From Heteronotia binoei (taxonomy: Eukaryota), in NCBI RefSeq assembly GCF_032191835.1, contig NC_083223.1, positions 259,718,001-259,782,000 on the forward strand: DNA of 64,000 nucleotides, in the 5' to 3' direction. Position numbers and translations under genes: made by a program. Positions 11,714 to 22,999 of the stretch are shown one piece after another. The notes beneath the pieces are model-generated. The model ran no database searches, was not told the DNA's origin, and saw nothing but the letters and a program-made list of their open reading frames with translations. Within the stretch, counting starts at the first letter, position 1; each line of letters starts with the position of its first letter.

Positions 11714-14468
11714 GGGTAGGTAGGTAGGTAGGTAATTTTATTTATATCCCGCCCTCCCCGCCGGAGCAGGCTCAGGGCGGCTAACAACATCATTCAGTTT
11801 CCCTTATACAAAAGACAAGGTTACATTAACATTAAACATTAAAAATTCTGATAGGTTTAAAATCACTTAATTAAGTTGATAAAAGTGCTAATGCTAGTTG
11901 TGCTTTTATAATGGCGGTAGTCATTAGCAATTTCTTTCTTCGTCAGCGAAAGCCAGTCGGAAGAGGAAGGTCTTGCAGGCCCTGCGGAATTGTTCAAGGT
12001 CCCGCAGGGCCCGCATTTCCTCTGGAAGTTGGTTCCATAGGTTCGGGGCTGCAGAGGAGAAGGCCCGGTTACGGGTACATTGCAGCTTCACCTCTTTCGG
12101 TCCGGGGGTGGTCAACAAGTTTTTTCCAGCTGACCTCAGTGCTCTCTGGGGTTCGTATGGGGAGAGACGGTCCCTAAGGTAGACAGGTCCTCGACCATAT
12201 AGGGCTTTAAAGGTAATGACCAGCACTTTGTAACGAACCCGGTATGTAACTGGCAGCCAGTGCAGCTCGCGCAGCCCAGGCTGTATGTGCTCCCATTTAG
12301 GGAGCCCCAACAACAGTCTGGCCGCTGCGTTCTGCACCAGCTGCAGCTTCCGGGTTCGGTACAGAGGCAGCCCCATGTAGAGGGCATTACAGTAATCCAG
12401 TCTCGAGGTGACCGTTGCGTGAAGTACCGTTGCCAGGTCTTGGCGCTCTAGGAAGGGAGCCAACTGCCTTGCCCGCCTCAGGTGAAAAAAGGCTGACTTG
12501 GAAGTGGCTGCAATCTGGGCCTCCATTGATAAAGAAGGCTCCAGTAAAACTCCCAGACTCCTGACCCGGTGCGCCGCTTTCAGTGGCGCCCCGTCGAAGA
12601 CCGGGAGAGGTATTTCCCCTTCCCGGGCGCCCCGACCCAGACAAAGGACTTCTGTCTTCGCTGGATTCAATTTCAGCCCGCTCCCCCTCAACCACATTGC
12701 CATGTCCTGCAAGGCCCGGTCTAAATTTTCAGGGACGCAGCCAGGCCGGCCGTCCATCAGCAGATAGAGTTGGGTGTCATCTGCATATTGGTGGCACCCA
12801 AGTCCATATCTCCTGGCAATCTGGGCAAGAGGGCGCATATAGATATTGAATAATATTGGTGAGAGAACTGCCCCTTGAGGCACTCCACAATCCAGTGTGT
12901 GCCTCCGGGACCGCTCACCACCAATTGCCACCCTTTGTCCCCGATTCTCGAGGAAGGAGGAGAGCCATTGTAGGGCAGACCCCCTCACCCCTATATCGGC
13001 GAGGCGGTGGGTCAGTAGCCGATGGTCGACCGTGTCGAACGCGGCCGACAGATCTAACAGCATCAGCACCGCCGCACCGCCCCGATCCAGATGCCGTTGG
13101 AGATCATCTACCAGGGCGACCAGTACTGTCTCCGTCCCATGACCCGGGCGAAAGCCGGACTGGCAAGGGTCTAGGATGGAAGCGTCATCCAGAAAACTCT
13201 GCAACTGCGACGCCACTGCCCTCTCTATCATTTTACCTAAAAACGGTAAATTGGAGACCGGTCGGTAGTTTGCCAATTCGGCCGGGTCTGCTGTACTTTT
13301 TTTCAAGAGGGGTCGGACCAAAGCCTCTTTCAGGGATGATGGGAAGCGCCCCTCCGAGAGGGATCTATTTATGATGTCCCGTAGAGGACATTCAAGCTCC
13401 CTCAGGCAGGATTTAATTAGCCAGGAGGGGCATGGGTCCAAATCACAAGTTGTAGGGCGCGCAGAGGAGAGAATTCCGTCAACTTCCTCCAGGCTGAGCG
13501 GGTCGAAATGATCCAGAATTAAATCAGAAGACAGGCAAGGGGCCTCGGGCTCATGTGCTGTATCTAAGGTGATGGGCAGGTCCTGGCGGAGCGACGTGAT
13601 TTTGTCTGCAAAAAATTTCGCAAAAGCCTCACAGCCTATTTCTAATTCTTTGACGTTTGGTCTGCCCTGGGGCAGTGTAGTTAAATGTCCAATTATTTTA
13701 AACAATTGTGCCGGGCGCGAATTTGCAGACGCAATCTTGGCCGCGAAGTACTTCTTCTTCGCGGTCTTGACTGCCATCTCATACGACCTCATAAACGTTC
13801 TGTAGGATGTTCTCGCCGCTTCGCCACGAGTGCGCCGCCACTGCCTCTCTAGTCGTCGGAGTCCTTGTTTCAGCCGGCGTAGCTCCAGGGTATACCAGGG
13901 AGCCAGCCTTGAACGAGGGCGCAGAGGACGTCGGGGTGCGATCTCGTTGATTGCCCCAGATAGCCGGTCTTGCCAGGCATCAACCAGGGCATCAAGGGAA
14001 TCGCAAGGGGGCCAAGGATCCCGAAGAGCTGTTTGGAACCGTTCCGGGTCCATCAGGCTCCGCGGGCGAGCCAAAATAGGCTCTCCGCCCTTACAGGGTT
14101 GTGGTAGCGTCTCCATACGAGCCTTGAGGGCTAAGTGATCCGACCATGGTATCGCCTCCGTCGCGATTTCGTTCACTTTAATCCCGGCCGCAAAGATCAG
14201 ATCTAATGTGTGCCCAGCCTGATGTGTGGGAGTCGTAACAAATTGGGAGAGTCCCAGTGTCGCCATGGAAGACACTAGGTCCATCGCCTGAGTGGACGCC
14301 GCGTCATCGGCGTGGACATTGAAGTCACCCAGGACCAGAAGCCCTGGGTACTCCAACGCCCAGCCGGACACCGCCTCCATCAGGGATGGTAAGGCGCTGG
14401 CCGGTGCGTTAGGCGGACGGTACACCAGCCAGATCGCCAACCTCTCCCCGACATCCAACACGTACCAC
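11714..14468 (-). mobile_element. Young 5'-truncated L2 LINE (partial APE endonuclease, complete RT, 3' UTR, (CCTA)n tail)
   Basis: Uninterrupted 845-codon ORF 11924-14461 with LGDFNVH, GHTLDL, SDH, DLSAAFDTVDH, GVPQG, YADDTQLY, QNAAARL and LHWLP; CpG-rich; tail ggtaggtaggtaggtagg. Confidence 0.95.
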
Positions 14469-14980
14469 GTAGCTTTTAATATAGGGCTGTTATCTTCCCA
14501 TCAAACCTTGCCACATCCATTCCCACAGCCAAGTCCCTTTTTAGCAAAGTTTCCATTTCTTGCCGCAATTTTTCTTTTCTCCCATCCAGCTTAACTGGTT
14601 GCTCCTTGTAGTCAAAGCATTCTTGAATCAATGGATAATTATAACTCGGTGTTCCTGAAGGGATGGTTTCTTAAGTACTGCTCTTCACTTTGTAGTCAAA
14701 GCAACTGCATTTAAAATATTTTATGATGGAATTTAATAGTACTTTATGGATAACAAAAAAATAAAATGGGAGTGGCTGCTGCAGGGAGGGGCCATGGCTC
14801 AGTGTTAAGAGCATCTGCTTGGTATACAGAAGATCTCCCGTTCAGTCCCCAGTCTCTCCAGTTAAAAGGACCATGTAGTAAGTGATATGAAAGACCCCTT
14901 CCTGAGACCATAGAAAACCACGTCCAGTTTGAGAAGATAATACTGACTTTAATGAATCAAGGGTCAGACTAGGTATAAAG

Positions 14981-15607
14981 CAGGGGTGGCCACATGTGGC
15001 TTTTTCACAGATATAGATAGATAAATTTGTCATTGTTCTCAAAAAAAGAAAATGAGAGCAACGAAATGAGGTGCTCTTCCACAAACATACCAACACATCA
15101 ACACCCAAAAAAGGACATATACATAAACCATTTAAATGCATCTAAAAACAAATAACCATCCATGACCCTGCATTTAGCTTAACCACAGCACTTGGATAGA
15201 AGCTGCCCTTAAATCTATTTGTCTTAGCCTTCAACACTCTATATCGTCTACCTGAGAGTAAGATCTCAAATAGCAAGTGACCCGGATGTGAAGGGTCCTT
15301 TAAGATCATTTGTATCTTCCTTTTACATCCCATATTATACAAATCCCAAATTATGCTCCCAAATTATACAATATATTGTGTGGTTCCAAAGACCCCCACA
15401 GCCAGCTTGGAGAAGGCACCTCTTTAAATCACTCCAAGCTGCTGGCTGCTTGGAGAATGCATTTAAAGTTGCTTTCCTTCCAGCTCTCCTCCCCTTATCT
15501 ATGTCTGCCTTCCATCTCTCAAACATCTGATGTTCATGTCTTGCAGCTCTCAAACATCTGATGTTTATTCTTTGTGGCTTTTACATAAAGTAAGTTTGGC
15601 CACCCTG
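14981..15607. mobile_element. hAT MITE (CAGGGGTGGCCAAA ends) with a nested LINE fragment
   Basis: Perfect TSD gtataaag. Confidence 0.85.
15015..15368 (-). mobile_element. Rex1/Babar-type LINE 3' fragment nested in a MITE
   Basis: DPSHPGHLLFEILLSGRRYR...TNRFKGSFYPSAVVKLN is the typical C-terminal motif of this clade. Confidence 0.72.
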
Positions 15608-15894
15608 GTATAAAGCAACTTCCAAGGTGTGTTCAATACACTCTCAAAACTGGAGATGTAGATGATTTTTCACTTCGAAAAAAGTCACATAAATTCCATT
15701 TTTATGTCACAGTTGCAACATTTATAAAACAGGCAGCTGCTAGAAATTGAGCAACAAAATAAGTACATTTAGAATCTGAATCCTCTAAGAGGAATGGAAC
15801 CTTTTGCTCTAATTCCACTAGAGGAAACATAGTCCATTTATCAAAACATGGCATAATCCATTTCAGTTTAGGCTGAAGCCCATAAGGACACTGG

Positions 15895-16159
15895 AGGAAG
15901 AAGATATTGGATTTATATCCCACCCTCCACTCCGAATCTCAGAGTCTCAAAGCGGTCACAATCTTGTTTACCTTCCTCCCCCACAACAAACACCCTGTGA
16001 GGTGGGTGGGGCTGAGACAGTTCTGGCAGAAGCTGCCTTTTCAAGGATAACCTCTGCCAGAGCTATGGCTGACCCAAGGCCATTCCAGGAGCTGCAAGTG
16101 GAATCAAACCTGGTTCTCCCAGATAAGAGTCCGTGCACTTTACCACTACACCAAACTGG
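15895..16159 (-). mobile_element. Squam3B-like SINE
   Basis: Same family. Confidence 0.85.
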
Positions 16160-16329
16160 AGAAGATGTACAAGAATGGGCAAGGCCATATCCACTCTAAG
16201 AGATTCTTGAGAGGCGACTCAGCACCTGAAAAGGGGCAATTAAATTGTAACTGCATAAAGGTCCTACATAACTTTGGGCTAACCGAGAATTCTACGTTGG
16301 GAGGATTTCCCCTTAGACAGAAGTCCTAA

Positions 16330-16402
16330 CTTGCAAGCCGCCCTGAGCCTGCTTTGGCGGGGAGAGTGGGATATAAATCAAAATAAATAAGTAAGTAAGT
16401 AA
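16330..16402 (+). mobile_element. L2 3' tail only
   Basis: gccgccctgagcctgctttggcggggagagtgggatataaat followed by (taag)n. Confidence 0.75.
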
Positions 16403-16653
16403 GTGGGGAACATGTCCTCCTAGCTCCAAAATGGGTATAGCTCTTATATCTAGTATAGATGATGGTACGAACCATACTTCTCAAATAATAGCACGTGAAA
16501 TTTGAGATGTTCAGATCACCTGACAGCATACTTTACAGATTACATTTAGCTTTAACCTCATGGTTAACAATGTGTGTATGGGTCTGACTTCTTCCTGCAT
16601 CTAATGAAAAGACCATAACCCTTTAATGGTTCAAGGCAGAGGTGCCATAAGAC

Positions 16654-16949
16654 CAGGGGTGGCCAAACTCGCTTAAACTAAGAGCCATATAGAATAAACT
16701 CCAGATGTCTGAGAGCCATAAGACATGAAAGTCAGGTGAGCCAGAAGGCAGGCAGGCAAATACATGGGGGAGAGGTAGAAAGAAAGCAACTTTAAATGTA
16801 TTTAAATGCCACCAGCTGGCTCGCATAGTGATTTAAAGAGAGAAATGCCTTCTCTAAGCCAGCCAACAGCGTGGCAGGGACTTGAAGAGCCACACAATAT
16901 GTGTGAAAAAGCCACATGTGGCTCCTGAGCTGCAATTTGGCCACCCCTG
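16654..16949. mobile_element. hAT MITE (CAGGGGTGGCCAAA family)
   Basis: TSD cataagac/cacaagac. Confidence 0.88.
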
Positions 16950-17143
16950 CACAAGACGCTCTGCTGTAACAGACCAAGAAGGCCCCCCCTTCCTGGCATA
17001 GGACTCTGCTCCAGCGGAGCCCAAAAGAAAAGAATTTGAGCTATGATCAGTTTACCAAGTGGCCCTGCCCAGGAACAGCTAAGGAGAAAAGAGGAACCTC
17101 TGGATCTTGCTGCTGCACCCTTAAAAGGACACAGGAAACGTAC

Positions 17144-17345
17144 CTTTAAGGTGCTGGTTTCACCACCAAGACCTGGATGCCTCTGATGTGGATTCGAATG
17201 TGGGCCCAAGCTTCCCGGGACTGTCACAGCATGCCTCTTGGGCCCCCACTGCACCACGTTCAGGGCGTTCTCCTCTCCCTCCCTTATCAACTTCCTCACT
17301 GCGCACGCCACATGCTCGAACCCACCCCCTTGCAAAATGACTTCC
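17144..17345 (-). promoter_or_regulatory. Candidate FERMT3 promoter and non-coding exon 1
   Basis: Non-repetitive patch with GAGGAAGT (17290-17297) abutting TGATAAG (17283-17289), a second GGAAGT (17340-17345), and a minus-strand donor AAG|GTACGT at 17144/17143. The assignment is inference only. Confidence 0.45.
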
Positions 17346-17850
17346 ACTTTTGAGCAAACTCGCTTGCTCTGCGTAGGAAACTGTTCAGCTCCTTGGGTTG
17401 GCCGAGCCAGGTGAGCACCTGCCAGTGGCTCTTTATAGTGGTATCTTGCATTATAAACACACCAAAGTACACTTCAGAGCAGAAAAGCTGGCTAACCCGT
17501 TGTTTAACACAAAGGCCTCAGTCAACGCTGTGAGGATGCCAACCTCTGGGTGGGGCCTGGGGATGCCCCAGAATTACAGCTCATCTCCAGACTACAGAGA
17601 TCAGTTCCCCTAGAGAAAAAGGATGTTCTGGAGGGTGAACTCTATGGCACTGCACCCCACTGAGGTCCCTGACCTCCCCAAGCTCCACCCTAAAATCTCC
17701 AGACATTTCCCAACCTGCAGTTGGCAACTCTATGCATCTCCCAGTGACTGGGGAGACCAGGCAACCCTAGGAAAACACCCTTTTTCCTACTGGCCAGAGG
17801 AGCTGCCTGGGCAACTGGAAGAGCGCTTAAAAAGGTATCACTGGCTAGGC

Positions 17851-18347
17851 CAGGGGTGGCCAAACTGTGGCTCAAGAGCCACATATGGCTTTCTCACATA
17901 TTGTGTGGCTCTTGAAGAAGACTGCAGATTTATACCCCGCCCTTCTCTCTGAATCAGAGACTCAGAGCGGCTTACAATCTCCTATATCTTCTCCCCCCAC
18001 AACAGACCCCCTGTGAGGTGGGTGGGGCTGAGAGGGCTCTCACAGCAGCTGCCCTCTGAAGGACAACTCCTGCGATAGCTATGGCTAACCCAAGGCCATT
18101 CCAGCAGCTGCAAGCGGAGAATCAAACCCGGTTCTCCCCGATAAGTGTCCGCACACTTAACCACTACACCAAAATGGCTCTCCACCACCCTGTTGGCCAG
18201 CTTTGAGAAGCCAAGCCAGCTAGCGGATTAGAGAATGCATGTAAAGTTGCTTTCTTTCCACCTTTCCCTCCTTCCTGTCTTGCGTCTTTCAAACATCTGG
18301 CATTTGTTCTATGTGGCTCTTACATTAAGAAAGTTTGGCCATCCCTG
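17851..18347. mobile_element. hAT MITE (CAGGGGTGGCCAAA family) split by a SINE
   Basis: TSD ggctaggc/ggctaggt. Confidence 0.86.
17914..18182 (-). mobile_element. Squam3B-like SINE nested in a hAT MITE
   Basis: Same family; splits MITE 17851-18347. Confidence 0.85.
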
Positions 18348-18497
18348 GGCTAGGTCAATATATGCAGGTGAAAGAAAGGACAATAAGAAAAAGATCTCCT
18401 GATCTGAAGGCGGTGACCCCATCGTTTCCTGCCAGTAGAAAAACAGTGGGAGAGCTGGACTAGACATTCCCAACTGTGACAGTCGTACGCTTGCAGG

Positions 18498-18686
18498 CAG
18501 CGTTCCCTCTGAGTTAGCGTGAGCGAGCTCACAGATTTTTAGCCTCCAGCTCACACATTTCTGCCTTAACGCAGGAAGGATGACCCCAGAGCACAATAAT
18601 TTATGCAATCGCTCACAACTTTAATGCCAGTAGCTCACGATGTAGAATTTTTGCTCGCAAGACTCCACAGCTTAGAGGGAACGTTA
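18498..18686. mobile_element. hAT MITE (CAGTGTTCCC family)
   Basis: Perfect TSD cttgcagg. Confidence 0.88.
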
Positions 18687-19547
18687 CTTGCAGGGTGTCT
18701 GCTGCTCCATGCAGAACACTTACAATGGCATCCTGCCTCAACACCTACCCCCCTCCTCACTCAGTCATAGAATGAGTTGGATGCTTTTTTCTTCTCTGCA
18801 CTGCTGCTCCATATTGACCCGGCCTCTTGCCGATAAGACAGATAAGGCTACAGCCCAGACATGTTTCTGAGCTGCAAAAGGTCTGTTCCTGAGAAATGGG
18901 AGGGGACAAAGAGTCACAGCTATGACTGTGGTTCCCCTTCTGACCCAGCCGTTTCCTGTTGCTGTGAGCACTTACCAGGCCCTGCCTTGGAGTTGCTCCA
19001 CTGCTTCAGAGGGGAGGAGGCACGGCAGTTGTGAGCTACCCCATATCCCTTGTCCTCTAGCGCCTCCCTCCAAAACTGAAAGGACCCTCCCCAAATGGGA
19101 TATTTTACTTCTCCAAGACTCCCTACCTTAGCCTCACTTAGTTGGCAGGCATGCAAACCTGTTCATGCCGTTTCTGAATTTTATTTTATTCAAATACAAA
19201 GGATACACAGCCGTTTCCTTTTGCTTTCCCCCGAGCTACAGCCTGTGCTCTTCAACCCAATATGGGATAACCAGCATACATTCTCAATTCAGCTTCCTTT
19301 TGCTGAGATGTGTGAAAAAGCAACTGTATCCCCCCTCCCCCCGCCGCAAGCCCTGAATTCCCCAATCCTATTACAGTAAGGACTTCTGAGGCTGAATTAG
19401 CTGCTAAGAAGGAAAAAGAGAACTGCTGTGAAAAACTACCGGAAAAGCTTCTCTACTGAACCACCCTAGGCCTTGAGCATATGAACAGCTGCACCAGACA
19501 GCTGTTGTTGAAAACACCTCTTCCAGACCATATGTAAGGGTCTATGC

Positions 19548-20107
19548 CAGGGGTGTCAAACATGCAGCCTGGGGGCCAAATCAGGCCCCCGGAGGGCTAT
19601 CAGGCCCCCGAGCAAATGGTTGTCATCTTCTTTCTCCCTATACTTTATAACAGCTTGCTTTGCAAGGCTTGTTCAGTTGCATAGGAACTACAGAGCAAAG
19701 CCTCTATTTTCTCCATTGGCTAAGGCTCCTCCCTTGGGGAAGGGGGCGGCGAGGCAGGGATTGTTTTTCCAGGCTCTCTCAATCACACAGCAGAGCAACT
19801 GAGCCAAGCCTCTCTTCCTTCTATTGGCTGAAGCTCCCCCCCCCAGTCCTCTGGGGAAGGAAGGAAACAGCCACAGCTCCTTTCCCGTTCCCTGGATCCC
19901 ATGGGAGAAATACAAAGAAAGCACCTTTAAGACCAACAAGTACTAACATTTTAAGCATGTTTTAAGTTTTTAAAGAAATACATTTAATTGTCCTTTACAA
20001 AGTTTTTATCTCTGCTACCTAATCTTAAAATAGGTACACACATGGCCCAGTCCAACCCAACAAGGTCTCATTTATCAGATCCAGCCCTCATGAGTTCGAC
20101 ACCCCTG
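19548..20107. mobile_element. hAT MITE (CAGGGGTGTCAAAC ends)
   Basis: Perfect TSD gtctatgc. Confidence 0.88.
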
Positions 20108-20504
20108 GTCTATGCTGTTCGGCACCTTGTCATGCTCAATATCTCATCTGCGACAGCCACTCTGGCACCCTATCACAGTCATGGTGAAACTGGATTGACA
20201 AGGAACAATCAAAATCAAATGAGATATGAGCCACTGTCACGCCATGTCAGTGATGCTCAGATTTTCTTTGGACGCAAGGCCTGTTGTGAGTAAAGAAGAG
20301 AATGCCCCTGATTAAAGTCTGGCTCATCCTTAGCCTGCAAGGAGCAGCCTTGGAGATAAGATAGGGACACTGTTTGCAATGCCAGATGGCAGACCGCAGG
20401 TATCCATCTTCAAGGCTAAAAGAACTTAAGCCTCCCAAAGGGAAGAATCTTAAAGCAGGCAGCGTTCCACATGGACTGCTTGACCAAGACATGAAGGACT
20501 GCCT

Positions 20505-20612
20505 ACACGAAGATCCTGGGAATTTAGGGAAAGGTGTTTGTGAGTTTCCTGCGTTGTGCAGGGGGTTGGACTAGATGACCCTAGAGGTCCCTTCCAACTC
20601 TATGATTCTATG
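20505..20612 (+). mobile_element. CR1 extreme 3' end
   Basis: ggggttggactagatgacc...caactctatgattctatg. Confidence 0.75.
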
Positions 20613-20734
20613 CTACTGAAAGGGTATGAAACCCAACACAGTTTCCCTGGATCTGGTAAAGATGGTTATTAGGAAAGAGCGAATTAGACAGTATTAGAAA
20701 AGAATTTCCCATCACTTGCCTCGGTGCAGCAAGT

Positions 20735-20842
20735 TGCAACTCTGGACTTCCTTGGTGGTCTCCCATCCAAGTACTAGCCAGGGCTGCCCCTGCTTAGCTT
20801 GTGAGATCTGAGGAGATCAGGCTAGCCTGGGCCATCCAGGTT
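20735..20842 (-). mobile_element. 5S-derived SINE head
   Basis: Reverse complement of the 5S-like head. Confidence 0.75.
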
Positions 20843-21144
20843 GGAGCGGAATCTGTGTAGATTTGCCAAATGTATTCAGGTTGCTGAATTTCTAGTGCTC
20901 ACCAACTGCTGTTTTGTTAAGAAGGCTCTGGGGCCGTGTAGTCTTTGACTGGTGTACATGCAAGGAGTAGTCAGGGAGTTTTTGCTATTCTAGAGGAGAC
21001 AGCCTAGCCACAGGGGCTAGCTCACAAATAACTTTTGCACAGTTGTGTGAATGTATAACCACAATCCCAGCGAGCATGCCCTGGAGCAGACGAGACAGGA
21101 GGAAGGGAGGCGACACAGGAAGCCAAGGCCACTAACGTTGCTTT

Positions 21145-21154
21145 TTTATTTATT
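21145..21154 (-). other. STIP1 polyadenylation signal (overlapping AATAAATAAA)
   Basis: Plus strand tttatttatt, about 420 nt downstream of the STIP1 stop codon. Confidence 0.75.
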
Positions 21155-21569
21155 GGGTGTGCAGCAGACAAAATGCAGCTTCACAGCCGGAAAAAAAAGA
21201 GAGAGAGAGAAGAAACCAGACAACCAACAAGTGATGAACCTCCCGTACGCCAGGGCTGCTGGCGAAGAGGATTAAAACTGCAAGGGGGTGCAGGGGAAAG
21301 AAGAGGGCAGCGTACAAATGGGAACAAGTGCCAAGAGGCAGCAGAGCGATGGGGCAAAATGATCAACGGGCCAGCCCATGTGCTGGCCGGGTTGTTTGGC
21401 GTGAGCACACACGCATGTTATGTGTGAAAGAGAGAGAGACTGACACACCGCTTGACTGTTCAAAGTCCCTGCCTCTGACACGGGAGAGGCGCCCTTGGAC
21501 TGCACTGCCGGCATCCAAAAGTCCCAGCTGCCCTCTTCAACCAGGAGAGGGAGGGCGGAGTCAAAATCA

Positions 21570-21642
21570 TCACCGAATTGCGATCAAACCAACATCCATT
21601 AGCTTCTGGATTTTCTGAGCGATGACAGGATTCTTCAAGTGT
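21570..21642 (-). CDS. STIP1: STIP1 exon 14 (last coding exon)
   Basis: (E)[23 protein letters not shown] is the HOP DP2 C-terminus; acceptor tctctgcAG; TGA ends at 21570. Confidence 0.97.
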
Positions 21643-21758
21643 CTGCAGAGAGAAGAAACAAGGAGATTCACATCAGGGATGCTGCCTCCAAAAATGGTTG
21701 AGCAATGATGGTGTTCTAAGTTACAGCAGGAGCTTTCCGCAGGCATGGAGACAATGTG

Positions 21759-21995
21759 GAGCCTAGTGTAGTGGTTAAGGATGTCAGGTGAGGATCTGGG
21801 AGACCCAGATTCAAATCCACACTCTGTCCTGGAAGCCTGCCAGACAACCTTTAAGTCAGCACCTCTCTTGGCCTAACCTACCTCATAGAATTGTTGTGAG
21901 GATAAAATAGAGGAGAGGAGGCGGATGCAAAACACTCTGGGTCCTCAATGGAGAGAAAGGTGGGGGATAAATGAAGTAAAATAAAATAAAATAAA
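21759..21995 (+). mobile_element. Squam3A-like SINE
   Basis: tRNA head, cctaacctacctca...gttgtgaggataaaat body and (taaaa)n tail. Confidence 0.75.
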
Positions 21996-22180
21996 GCCTT
22001 GCAAACAATTTACGTGGGGACTTCAGAAACCACAGGGCTGCAAACAGAGCAAACTGTGCAGTAAAGCCTCATGGAAGAGAGGCTTCTAATTCTCACAAGT
22101 GTAGAAATTATGGGTGTGCGCAAAAAAAAAGTTTGGTTTTTTTCTTCCAGATTTGGGTATACTGAACCCAAAAACTATCA

Positions 22181-22635
22181 GTATGTTCCCTCCAGGCTGC
22201 AGAGTCTTCTGAGCAAAAATTCTACTTTGTGAGCTACTGCATAAATTAAGTGTGCTCTGGGGTCATCCTTCCTGAGCAAAGACAAAAATATGTGAGCTGG
22301 AGGCTAAAAATATGTGAGCTAGCTCACACTAACTAGGAGAGCCAGTTTGGTGTAGTGGTTAAGTGTGCGGACTCTTATCTGGGAGAACCGGGTTTGATTC
22401 CCCACTCCTCCACTTGCAGCTGCTGGAATGGCCTTGGGTCAGCCATAGCTCTGGCAGAGGTTGTCCTTGAAAGGGCAGCTGCTGTGAGAGCCCTCTCCAG
22501 CCCCACCCACCTCACAGGGTGTCTGTTGTGGGGGAGGAAGGTAAAGGAGATTGTGAGCCGCTCTGAGACTCTTTGGAGTGGAGGGCGGGATATAAATCCA
22601 ATATCATCATCATCTTCTTCTTAGAGGGAACACTG
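22181..22635. mobile_element. hAT MITE (CAGTGTTCCC family) split by a SINE
   Basis: The TIR end ttagagggaacactg follows the SINE. Confidence 0.8.
22337..22622 (+). mobile_element. Squam3B-like SINE nested in a hAT MITE
   Basis: Full length; splits the TIR-proximal end of MITE 22181-22635. Confidence 0.88.
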
Positions 22636-22999
22636 ATATTCCCAAATCCCAGTATTGGTATGGTATTGGAGCTCACGAAATTATCAAGCTTACCAAATTT
22701 TCTGGCTCCTTGGATCCCTTCTCCAGGCAGCAAGTAAACTTACCGCTTGGGGAGGGTGTTTAAAGGGACCAATCCCCTTGGGCACTTTCTCCAGGAAGCA
22801 AGCTGTCTCCTGCAGTCCGGTTTAAACCAGGCTGCAGGAGAAGGGAACACCTCAGGAGCTGCTGTGCCATGAGGAGTGCACTGCTAGCCATGCAGCACAG
22901 GAGGTCCTGGCTGGGCTCATTCTGGGCTCGCTTTCTCCTGCCATCCGGTTTAAAACAGGCTGCTGGAGAAGCGGCTAAGCCCTTGACGCTTATGAGTGA

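Larger units (their letters stand above)
14788..15622 (+). mobile_element. Squam2-like SINE with a MITE inserted in its tail
   Basis: Body at 14788-14980; the tail resumes after 15607. Confidence 0.75.

Noticed and set aside
12856-13374. 172-aa and other antisense ORFs within the L2
   Set aside because: These are shadows of a GC-rich coding strand.
16802-17347. 181-aa ORF on the minus strand
   Set aside because: It runs from unique sequence into a hAT MITE and has no recognisable domain; a chance ORF.
22355-22624. Recurrent ORFs such as MVKCADSYLGEPGLIPHSSTC (also at 5063, 29617 and 58169)
   Set aside because: They are translations of the same SINE, not a gene family.
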